A stretch of 58,949 nt of DNA, taken from positions 1 to 58,949 of IMG/VR virus record IMGVR_UViG_3300032086_003047. One strand, written 5' to 3'. Both the position numbers and the translations under genes were made by a program. Under the pieces are notes generated by a model that did not search any database, was not told the DNA's origin, and worked only from the letters and a program-made list of their open reading frames with translations. The DNA is from a virus (Duplodnaviria; Caudoviricetes). Positions 34,901-41,577 of this stretch are shown here, piece after piece (position 1 is the stretch's first letter; the number at the start of each line of letters is the position of its first letter).

Positions 34901-34933
34901 AGGGGATAATACGTTTATACAACCTAATGCCAT
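25928..34933 (-). CDS. virion-packaged two-barrel DNA-dependent RNA polymerase (crAss-like, phi14:2 gp66-like) with N-terminal zincin domain
   Basis: GSDFDIDKL catalytic motif (nt 29396-29410), GYRIPTQG, VKHS; HEAFH (34115-34129) with downstream EERLAEQF. Confidence 0.9.
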   Translation of the reverse strand: MALGCINVLSPEFIDLKKQTGLNEHILAAKIKSWQDRNKRELDEFPASADELEITTLDYVPADTAVSIPTAEAKTAKPIKAFRTSKTKDGQKEYDLDKKPKGKPTEIELVIDPSRTLDITQAQESGIATNDMLVYEQILREAKYEYDYVTSDTYKQMSPMSPAEDIGAIVQRKALEKGYEGIIQYKSPYAPNVQAMRDKGRKYTKFGSLNPNQIDLDDAKQWLEARGLPFNMAEQTIEIAKGMPSGTEGLFSEGVIYLSKYATKGTEYHEAFHAVFRMFLTDEQQDAILAESKKQRPVSQEELDELEQAGYFRIGDDGKIYKNIDVKAKGKGEPTIITGEELERLVLEERLAEQFRSYVISNQKVKSTSEKIQKFFNDLLKYIKYYFSNKMTIDRLFFNIDKGRINKKNLNMRFASKGAAASFNRNDSKLYNRFDEGPIRNIVNDINSAFIKRSKQYPTDTPNQVYATIRRALRKGIFVKRVEKYDPVKKENKIVDERVTDSKTLQKHIDAITELMSDNLDMTEEAMQYMRTNNLLFTERANGTNIGNTLLLVDALWEDASAEYGNVKDRGILYKAKVGLQRFGYKVYGDEVTIYEDQDVAEKIYDKSHLEESRKDTLSKDIKEFLTFIPMLELEKDGNENVFRKKIGIFGNDVYYTFDEIYSNISFSLTESKSYDDMISKLEKKSKNFPEIKSVLNELKSKQKDEAFKSKFYAAMANTYNNFIGAIEEVLVDKEGNVAGVKVTYYNSNLNRAEKKLLKRWKNKSRSSDGTGLLINSDENETVANEEVLEKLNDSSEDSIGNVLMNYYKGPIQKDGKRERPFLKLSGIPTDEEIDAITDFANLLGMDIPRETFELAFNNGIIIDNKEVKGYDLFGYLTGGNSRIADPFKLPLYEEKTIGSPVATMIKEDSNGFIKDPYVEYLSVIKKFALVTSSFEKDIHGSFINAANKSVHPINTFTTLDRTISAIKTYDPTSTEFWDRWLREFKEDPLYMPSKGDKKNSEYDDLLASEILNSQSNVLRNTIEISDFDAYKKRNEFVSKNTFDSLSPNLSLIHRLNAFGNNGNKNEMLIVIPTLADRGRMIMMTLPRLSHNFSNTSGYNFTDTRRLTDNIGDYPIFMRYVIQDLKDAQNGEKMKIKIKNYSKNYKFFRQLPFLNETEAGKKLMEYALANPDVQLTNASEDIDKLMGEVQSEINKYVKNQIEEKTSEFKSVGKNISDETLNKLYDDPETNPSRNEKVNMLIRDYVVNTMIFKNEIQKLTSGDPGLYKDSLKSNEEQINTVEDQSKRYGSLATPGIETRIQDTPDSYGNTPTYQMGVINDIFRKNKELLESLDKIVTDKSVLDAYKEGNDKQGSNVADAMGLVTLDRYKHIAEGIGTWGDLQKEAYANYQTNGGRFVDNKGKQVKLKPLKTYSDGLYLKDFGNGVKKKVRIMVKHSTFPLLAEFTKGTGFDNIRMRMEVSGEFKGKGLNPIHEINMDSAIKSGLHNAIDLELDNDGNPSVESLSKMQGIELDTHFLRMPQIIPDTAKESRIGSQFMKLLTTNLKKNLTNPYVVGNNVITGQQLYEKYGEVINLQLEMGVRKVFEELGIPKNQEGLYNVDNLFKNDSETLKMLNSIRKVFNNSIEERELPDTYIKALNIVKVEESNEKDYDFNSPLSMPAFAEKFQSVFSSIAKRGFMKININGQGLVQIAEIGKIKTDEDGAEGLQFIKGKEETVSTSAVKNVVKDVDDATGKETFYEKIVQYNNEYWTVKERRGDKIKIQKIVSAEIAMPWEFAERLNLPKNKDGEYDISSVPEDVLTLIGYRIPTQGKNSMLPLKIVKILPKSMSKMIMVPAEITTQMGSDFDIDKLFTMIPNLKVKGTLKDGQKFDWFDTYKSELLKNLPKDIKLTDKQISLLLEDTEYYLEIDGLDADEETAVQSAAMQAKKKTLRALNNLKDWTISKVQYDINDLKSATKKGLENAYIDMAHAMLTSPYHIDEVLKTIDSNLAPELAKFFKTNIPEYATVIDPNDVDAERKLEERNKAGKTGVGIYATATTAQAGRQFTKIKIGIPYIIDGNKYDDLTITEDKEGNDISYQLQQHLTISVDNAKDPIMLFLMDNGFTSGVRNTIMSLGITHESMKGDNLKKILKEKGIDTKEYSELFKSAKGDSIVWASFFMNQPIIRKLYEEYIDKEGSPGKLVQIAESVLTSEMGSRMRSRGYKTLDEFLRDDIPINSENLLEHFDKTLDNKDANFNETQLNVLGLFVQMFTQTAGDLSKANTLINSDRIKDFNNPAGIEAHLDLIDYFERKKVITERLRAVEETKQTTFSKEIEKYINSIYPGWINKKENKLLLASEFTSIPLLSKEETSIKDRIANGKDAKATLEEIKQGKNPFNSAEELEESIPNILYNIISGKLAEDGVSESDMYKNISGIVRPQGKIEMKTDVKYIPTRGIDDISSILEGDYPIANSYINMIGTAKVLVSKFFPYFEFGLEATKTALASELGVETLSLDQLKAVNKDSFMHLVSQKQEGYVPSPFAPLFSKQWEDKLLTGDNNIAVQFRNLLAEINESDLTDPIRNLVTPGKAEYKFFSKLDENEDNSLKDKTSSITAEGLRTMLKKTFHITSAEKRMMRNIKRPKTLFLKTKKSSEFANIDSQKTIKVGNAFFKVTYAGNQTIDTIKAKEGRSKIDDIITKLALKKVDPKQIVPLTRRDRTVNFIGKNRVYIVEDSKGNKYRATKGVKNFIEGKLDAKGKKKSMHLYNISKVTDPKQIEKNQEIKEVDRYEHKTLSFDSSFAYSKEEKDAMTQGFLNMLTHENEKVREFAKNLVYYHILSRGFDNGVNAFVDIIPNEVWNDPGMSLLYKKDEEGNLVQDPISFNEYIREFQFDYFKDPKFFDNFIENFIVHRSATPFMIRKVRVKKSEMEKLKQNGSISLPYVFKKQLGVFPKFVKTMSEGKFVLLVRSSASGETTDARYKLYNKTTGGKTNDMWRFQRYNIETLEDKAKLTSNKDRNDEQDQRFICAF

Positions 34934-37900
34934 TAGTTACAATTTATAATGTTTTCTTTCTCTTTACGTGGAAGAGTTGCCCATTGAATAGGAGTTATTC
35001 CAAGCTGGAATATTGTTCTTCCAGTTCTAGTACGTGTAGTTTGATAAGGGTAATCCGTCTTAATTGGTTTTACTCTACTCAATTTCAATTTAAAGTTAGG
35101 ATTATTTGATGGACTGTTGTTCTTTACTAATGCTTTTTTTGCTGATGGATCATACAGATACAATGATCCATTAGTAGATACTCTTCCTTCTAGTCCAAAT
35201 ACTTTAGCTTCATTTTTAAACTGCTGTGTTATTTGTGATACCTTTCCTGGTTTCATCGAGCTAAACCCTGATAGTTGAATATTGAATTTGTTAAGGAACA
35301 TATTGAATCTTCCTAGAGGTGACATTGAAGGTATGCCTCCTATAGTTCCAAGTGGATCCGTAGATGCCTGTACATCTGGGAACATGTCAAAGTCGTCCTT
35401 GTCTTCATCAATCTCTTCTTTCTCAGCAACTTCTTTCTCAACTTTGGAATCTTCTTCTTGAAATCTTTGTTCTCCGATTTCAATTTGTAGTTGTGAATCA
35501 TAGAAATAATTTCCTCCATCTGATGGCTGGACATCGGTTTGTAGAATGGATCCTCCTGCAAATTCTGTGTTTTCATTTCCGTTTATATCTGGTCTTCCAA
35601 TTAAGTAGTCGTTATAAGTATTGTATTCTTTATTCGTAATAGGACTTGTGTATTGTGTACCTGCTTTTGTATTTAACTTATCTCCTTGAACGTTGTATTT
35701 CTTATTTGCTATAATTTTAGAAATTATGGCTAAAGGTGAAATTCCATTAAAATCATTAGCTAAAATTTGATCTATTGTAACAGAATCATCTACTGTAATT
35801 TTTTGGTTTCCTACTGGTCCTTCAATTTTCTTTCTTGCAATATTAGGTCGTTCTTTATTTAATTCTGATATGTTTAAAGAGTAGATCTTTTTATTATGTA
35901 TGAATTGAATGTATGGTTGATTAGTTTTTGTATTTAATAGTATCTGAATAACAGGATCAATTGTTTTTGTTTTTTCATCAGTACTTATTAATAGATCCAT
36001 TTTCTCTATTAGTTCATCATTTGAATATTGAACGTAAATGATTTCCTGTATACGTTTTAAATCTTTTTCTGTAAACTTTTCACTTGTTAATAAACCTGTT
36101 ATAGTTTCTTGTGCATTAAGATCTATGTTAGAAGTTGATAGTTTTACAGGAACATAATCTCCATTACCATTTAATACGAATCCATATATCTGTCCAGCTT
36201 GTCCAGAATCAACTTTTGTATTCTTAGCTGCAGTTTCTAGTAATACATCTGCCGCAGGAACATTTAGTGTAGGAGCTGCTTCTTTTGGTCTTGTTACATA
36301 TCCAAACTTAAACTCTATGTCTTCATTTTTACGCAGTACAATGTTACCAGAGTCATCGTATTGATACATTGCTTTCCATCTATCTGCTATAGGTTTAAGT
36401 ACAGATTTAGCAGGGCGAATTATTTGCTGATCCCAATCTAAATCCATTGCTTCACGATCTTTTACTGTTCTAAGGTTAGGACCACGATTAAATCCTACTA
36501 GGGTTCCATTATCATTAAGTGTAAGATTACCTACCGTATATCCACTTTTGTTATTGTTTTTCCAGTTATCGTATATTGCTTTACGAATGTTACGTTCTTC
36601 TTCTTCAAGTAGACTAGCTAGACCTGTTTCTATTACTCCTACAGCTTCTTTTTCACCATTTTCATTTTCAAGATATACTATTATTGGAATCGTTAAAAAG
36701 TACCCTGTTTCAGATTTATATTCGTTTTTTATATACTTTTTTGTAAACCAATCATTTTCAAGAGGCTGTAGATATAGTTTACCTCCTTCTTTTATTAGAT
36801 TAGGATTTGCTAGCAAGTCATCATTAATTTCTACTCCTATTGATTCTTTTCGTATTGGGTTATCATTTGAGTCAAAATCTAAAACTATTTGAGTTGCAGT
36901 GGCAAGAGTTCGATATAAATATGTTGATGTTGATATACTTCCATCAACTCTATCTGTGTTCTGTTGAGTAGATCTTGATCTTCTACTATCTTCTGCAGGC
37001 TCAGTACTTTCTAGTTCAAATGATGGTTCAGTATCTTCAACTTCCAATGTAGAAGGAGGAACATCAGTAGTACCTGTAAAGACAGCACTTCTTTTTCTTT
37101 CTATTTCAACATCTCCAATTTCAACATCTTCATCTATTAATACAGTAGATTCTCTTTTAAGTTTTTCTTCTGCTTCTAGTTGAGCTTTAATTGCTTCATC
37201 TTTTATTGTAGCAAATTCTGTTTTTACTTTACTTATAAAGTCTTTGATTCTTATAATATCAGCTTCTAGTTGATCTCTTTCTTCAGCATTTAGTGATGAC
37301 TCAGTAGCACCTTCCATTGGTGTAACAGTCTCAAATGTATTTATTTCATCACCCTCTACTACAGCTACAGTTTCCACTGTACCTCTAACCTCATCTGGAA
37401 TTATTATACTTCCATCTTCAGCTACTCCTTCTTTAAGAACATTAGCACTACCTGCAAGCTCTTGTTGTTTTTCATTCAATAGTCCTTCTAGATCCTCAAT
37501 AGATTGAGCATCTTTAAGTTCTTCAGTTAGTTTTGATGCACTTGGTTCAATGTCCTCAAATACTTTACTGATAGCTTTAGTCTGGAGTTCAGCGTCTGAT
37601 ATATCTGGATCAGTAAATTGATCTGTTATTTCTTCCTCTGTTTTAGGATTTTTCGTACTCTCTCTCTTGGGTTTAGTTTCATCAGGTTTCTTTTTGTCTG
37701 TTGGTCCTCCAGGAGGTTCAGTAGGTACGTCTTCGGTGTCTGTGACTTCTTCATTTTGTTCTTTTAATATCCATTTATTAGTTCCTTTAATTGCATATCT
37801 GGATTTTTCTGCTAGTTCAGCTTTACGTTGCTCATCTTCTTTTTGTTGTTGTCTTTCTTGACTAATTTTTTCTAATGTTGCTGTTCTTTCAGCTTCAGAT

Positions 37901-40900
37901 ATATTTGGATCTTCTAATCTCTTCTGTAGTTTTACTATTTCATTCTCTCTATTTTTTACGCTTATTCCACGAGTATCTCCAGTTCTTAATGCGTATTCTT
38001 CTTTTGTTTCTCCTTTTCGTTTTGCTAATGGTCCTTCTCCTCTTTCTATATACTCACGTACAGTTTCTCTTTCTTTTTGAATTCTTGGAGCAAACTCTAC
38101 ATCGCCTTCAGTATATCCTACAATATCTTTAGCTAACTGTTCTCTGAATTGACCAGTAATTTCATTTAAGATACGACCTTTTTTATTATGACTCCCGTCT
38201 TTATTGTAAATGTTTCTTTTACCTGGCAATACTTCTTCGGTCATAAGTATCTCACCTTTCTCATCCCGCAAAACTTCAAATACTTTAGATTGCATTGGAT
38301 TAGTTGCATTAAAGTCTACCTGATACTCTTTACCACCTGACGTAAATGTTTGGTCTTTACCTAAGAATTGTTCTATTGCCAGTTGATATACAAGTAACAT
38401 ATCAGCTACTTCATACATTAAAATCTCACCAGTTATTTCAACTTCTTCGCCTTTACCATTAATAAGTGTTACAGATTTTAGATTACCTGCCTCATCATAG
38501 TTTAATGATTCTTGCGGCATGGTTCCAATATGACTGAGCTCACTATCACCTATCCATATACTTGCATTATCACCTGATAAACCAAAGCTAGTATAATTTT
38601 CAGCAGTAGAAATTGATGCTATGATTTCACCAGTTTCTTCATCTTTTACTAACTTCTTTTTACCGTTTATTACAAAGTCTACAGGAAAATATGAATCTTT
38701 TAATACACCTAGATTTAGATTTGATACAGTGTCTTCAAGACTACCGCTGACTATGAATTCTTCACCAGAGCTTGATGATTGGAATACTAGTTCAGCTGTA
38801 TCATCACTTTTGTATAGTATTCCTCTTTCACCATTATGGAATACTGGAAGCACATCTGTATTCTTAAAGAATAGCTCTCCTAGCGGAGTATCATCATATG
38901 CATGATCTATCATTGCATATTGATCATATGCTAATGCTACTTCTGTAGCAATCTCTTTAGTTATCCTACCTTTTGCTGCAGCATTTAATCTCTTTATTTT
39001 ATTTAGCCTCTTATTCTCTAATTCTTGTAATGCTTTTGCTTTTCTTGCTTCTTGTCTTTGGAATCTGGATATACCGTCTCTTACGACTGTTTCCATTTCC
39101 TCAATCATCTTAGCAATATTCTCTCTATCCTTTTCATCAGTAGTTCTTGCTAAGATCTCTTTAGCCTCATCGATTGCAGCCTGCTTTTCTTTAGGTGTGA
39201 GCTCTACTTCATATCGTTGAGTTAGTTCTTCTGCATTTTCCCAATCTTCAGATTCTTCTTTTATAGGTTTACCATCTTCATCAAAACCTATTGTTTTACG
39301 CTTACCTAATATTTCTTCTTTAGCACCTTTGTATATCTGAGTGTATAGATCCTGTACTCGTCTAAAGTCTTCTCTTCCTTTGTCAAGATTAGCTTTATGT
39401 TTTGCAGCTTCTTTTATTATCTCACGGTTAGTAAGCTTATTAAGCCTCATAATATGAGCATCTATGAGCTGATCTTGCCAAGATAATTTTTCCATATTAG
39501 AAACTGTTTCACCTATGATTGCATCATTGTTCAACAGCTTTAATATTTCTTTATCTGAATCAGGTAACGTAATACTATCATCGGATTCAATTGCACTTAC
39601 TTCTGCATTTCCTGCAGCAATAATTGCTTCTTGTTGATTTATGTATTCCTGAATTCTTTCTTTTTGCTCTTCTGTAAGTTTTCTGCTTTTATCAGCTAAT
39701 ATCTTCTTTGCATGCTCTACACCTTTCTCTGCAGACTTTATTTTTAGTTTTGCATCAAATACATTTCTACCATCAGCACTTAACTCATTGTATCTGTGGA
39801 TACTATTTCTATCCTCATTTATTTGATTGATTAATTTACCTCGATCATTATCAAGTTTTGATATGATAAATTTACTTTGAACAACTTGTGGTAGTATAGA
39901 TGGATCAAATCTTCTATTGTTCTTATTCCATATTGTTTCTATTGCTTTAGCATCAGATATTAATCGATCTATATTTTCAGTGAATGTTTCATCAACACCC
40001 ATTTTTTCTCTTGTCTCAGCATCTGCAGTTTTTAATCCTTCAAGTTGTTTTATATAGTGTCCAAGATTTTCTTCTCTTGCTGCAGTTACTGCCATGTCAG
40101 TTGATGCATCAAGCATAGCTTGTTCATATACATCAGGTAGTCCACTTTCTGCTGCAGCTCTTAATTTCTTATTATGGTATGCAAACTTAGCTCCTCTTTC
40201 TTCAAGTTCTTTTATTCTACTGTCTTCTGTTGTTTTACCTCGTATTTTATCAAATACTGGTTTTGTTCCCTGCATTACTCCTGCACCTATAGCACCAAAG
40301 AAACCTGATGTCCAGAATTCACCATCACTTACATACTCTCCAAACCTTGATGTGAAGTTACTATCTTCAGCAATTCCAGCCATTACATCACCGAAATGCA
40401 TAGCTTCTTCACCTATAACAAACTGATAAGCTTCTTCACCAAATTCACTTGCCATATCTGCTATATATCTTCCAGCAGATTGCATTGCACCTTTTGTTCC
40501 TGATTCACCTGCAGCAAGCATTTGTGCACGACCATTAAAAGCTTTTGTTGCTTTCATTCCTCTACCTAGTAGAAAATATTGAGGAATATCTTGCAGAAGC
40601 ATTATTGAATTACCTCTGTATGAAAATGCTGCAGCTTCTGATGCGGCTAATTTTGCTTTTAACTCATCACCAGTTTCAGCAAGTACTTTATCATATTCTT
40701 CTTTGTATACTCCAGACGCTTCCATATTTGATTCAATATGTCTGGAAACAATACCTTGGTGTACAGCATTTAAAGCTCTACTTCTTGTTGCTTGATCATA
40801 GATCTTAGAAAACTTATTTCTATATGCCATTCCTGCTCTTACAGCATCATCTATATTATTAAGACCGCCAAGTCCTTTTGCAGCCTTACCTGCTCTTGCT

Positions 40901-41568
40901 GTATAGTTTAGTGCTCTTACTCCTTTTGCAGCAGCTGCACCTAATTTTCCTGCCATCCCAACACCTCTTGCCCATCCAGCTACAGGAATCATAATTGATA
41001 CAGCACTCGCTACAGATGGTGTATTAGAAAACCACCATTCAGTAGACCATGGTGCAAATTTACCTTCTGTTTCAGGATCAACATGTATAGGTGTAACCTC
41101 TCTTGTCCAATCTTTAATTGCTGTACCTACATTAGAAAACCAATTACCTTCCCCAAAAGTACCATCAGTCATGGATTGAAAATCAAGTAAGTACCCTATA
41201 CCTTCAATTGTACCACCTACTATTTCTGCTGCAGCTTGTGTAATTGCTCCACCAATTTCTCCTGCCAGTCCTTGTTCTTCAGCTTTTTGTTTTGCTAGAC
41301 TTATTTCATGATTCTTTTGAGCAATTTTATACATTTCCTGAAAGTCAGGTCTATCAGGTCTAAAATCTGTACCCATTATCTCCCTACCTTTAAAAGGGTC
41401 TAATGTGTAAGTTTTAGTTTCAATAAAATCATCATTGGGAGCTGACAGCTTTCTTGATTTCTCGAATAGATCAAGTCGTGAACCAGATTTTGGCTCAGAG
41501 TCATCGCCTGCTACTTCATTGGAATCCAGTAACTCATCGTTATCTATAACTTCTTCTTCGTCTGCCAT
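34933..41568 (-). CDS. giant virion ejection protein (2211 aa)
   Basis: N-terminal Gly/Ala-rich amphipathic region, coiled coils; TAATG-coupled to the RNAP gene; only Cys is penultimate. Confidence 0.7.
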   Translation of the reverse strand: MADEEEVIDNDELLDSNEVAGDDSEPKSGSRLDLFEKSRKLSAPNDDFIETKTYTLDPFKGREIMGTDFRPDRPDFQEMYKIAQKNHEISLAKQKAEEQGLAGEIGGAITQAAAEIVGGTIEGIGYLLDFQSMTDGTFGEGNWFSNVGTAIKDWTREVTPIHVDPETEGKFAPWSTEWWFSNTPSVASAVSIMIPVAGWARGVGMAGKLGAAAAKGVRALNYTARAGKAAKGLGGLNNIDDAVRAGMAYRNKFSKIYDQATRSRALNAVHQGIVSRHIESNMEASGVYKEEYDKVLAETGDELKAKLAASEAAAFSYRGNSIMLLQDIPQYFLLGRGMKATKAFNGRAQMLAAGESGTKGAMQSAGRYIADMASEFGEEAYQFVIGEEAMHFGDVMAGIAEDSNFTSRFGEYVSDGEFWTSGFFGAIGAGVMQGTKPVFDKIRGKTTEDSRIKELEERGAKFAYHNKKLRAAAESGLPDVYEQAMLDASTDMAVTAAREENLGHYIKQLEGLKTADAETREKMGVDETFTENIDRLISDAKAIETIWNKNNRRFDPSILPQVVQSKFIISKLDNDRGKLINQINEDRNSIHRYNELSADGRNVFDAKLKIKSAEKGVEHAKKILADKSRKLTEEQKERIQEYINQQEAIIAAGNAEVSAIESDDSITLPDSDKEILKLLNNDAIIGETVSNMEKLSWQDQLIDAHIMRLNKLTNREIIKEAAKHKANLDKGREDFRRVQDLYTQIYKGAKEEILGKRKTIGFDEDGKPIKEESEDWENAEELTQRYEVELTPKEKQAAIDEAKEILARTTDEKDRENIAKMIEEMETVVRDGISRFQRQEARKAKALQELENKRLNKIKRLNAAAKGRITKEIATEVALAYDQYAMIDHAYDDTPLGELFFKNTDVLPVFHNGERGILYKSDDTAELVFQSSSSGEEFIVSGSLEDTVSNLNLGVLKDSYFPVDFVINGKKKLVKDEETGEIIASISTAENYTSFGLSGDNASIWIGDSELSHIGTMPQESLNYDEAGNLKSVTLINGKGEEVEITGEILMYEVADMLLVYQLAIEQFLGKDQTFTSGGKEYQVDFNATNPMQSKVFEVLRDEKGEILMTEEVLPGKRNIYNKDGSHNKKGRILNEITGQFREQLAKDIVGYTEGDVEFAPRIQKERETVREYIERGEGPLAKRKGETKEEYALRTGDTRGISVKNRENEIVKLQKRLEDPNISEAERTATLEKISQERQQQKEDEQRKAELAEKSRYAIKGTNKWILKEQNEEVTDTEDVPTEPPGGPTDKKKPDETKPKRESTKNPKTEEEITDQFTDPDISDAELQTKAISKVFEDIEPSASKLTEELKDAQSIEDLEGLLNEKQQELAGSANVLKEGVAEDGSIIIPDEVRGTVETVAVVEGDEINTFETVTPMEGATESSLNAEERDQLEADIIRIKDFISKVKTEFATIKDEAIKAQLEAEEKLKRESTVLIDEDVEIGDVEIERKRSAVFTGTTDVPPSTLEVEDTEPSFELESTEPAEDSRRSRSTQQNTDRVDGSISTSTYLYRTLATATQIVLDFDSNDNPIRKESIGVEINDDLLANPNLIKEGGKLYLQPLENDWFTKKYIKNEYKSETGYFLTIPIIVYLENENGEKEAVGVIETGLASLLEEEERNIRKAIYDNWKNNNKSGYTVGNLTLNDNGTLVGFNRGPNLRTVKDREAMDLDWDQQIIRPAKSVLKPIADRWKAMYQYDDSGNIVLRKNEDIEFKFGYVTRPKEAAPTLNVPAADVLLETAAKNTKVDSGQAGQIYGFVLNGNGDYVPVKLSTSNIDLNAQETITGLLTSEKFTEKDLKRIQEIIYVQYSNDELIEKMDLLISTDEKTKTIDPVIQILLNTKTNQPYIQFIHNKKIYSLNISELNKERPNIARKKIEGPVGNQKITVDDSVTIDQILANDFNGISPLAIISKIIANKKYNVQGDKLNTKAGTQYTSPITNKEYNTYNDYLIGRPDINGNENTEFAGGSILQTDVQPSDGGNYFYDSQLQIEIGEQRFQEEDSKVEKEVAEKEEIDEDKDDFDMFPDVQASTDPLGTIGGIPSMSPLGRFNMFLNKFNIQLSGFSSMKPGKVSQITQQFKNEAKVFGLEGRVSTNGSLYLYDPSAKKALVKNNSPSNNPNFKLKLSRVKPIKTDYPYQTTRTRTGRTIFQLGITPIQWATLPRKEKENIINCN

Positions 41569-41577
41569 TTTATCTAG

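Noticed and set aside
34919-34941. Split-intein trans-splicing between the giant proteins (terminal Asn followed by a Cys-containing start)
   Set aside because: No Hint-domain motifs seen, and the Cys/Asn arrangement does not match intein architecture
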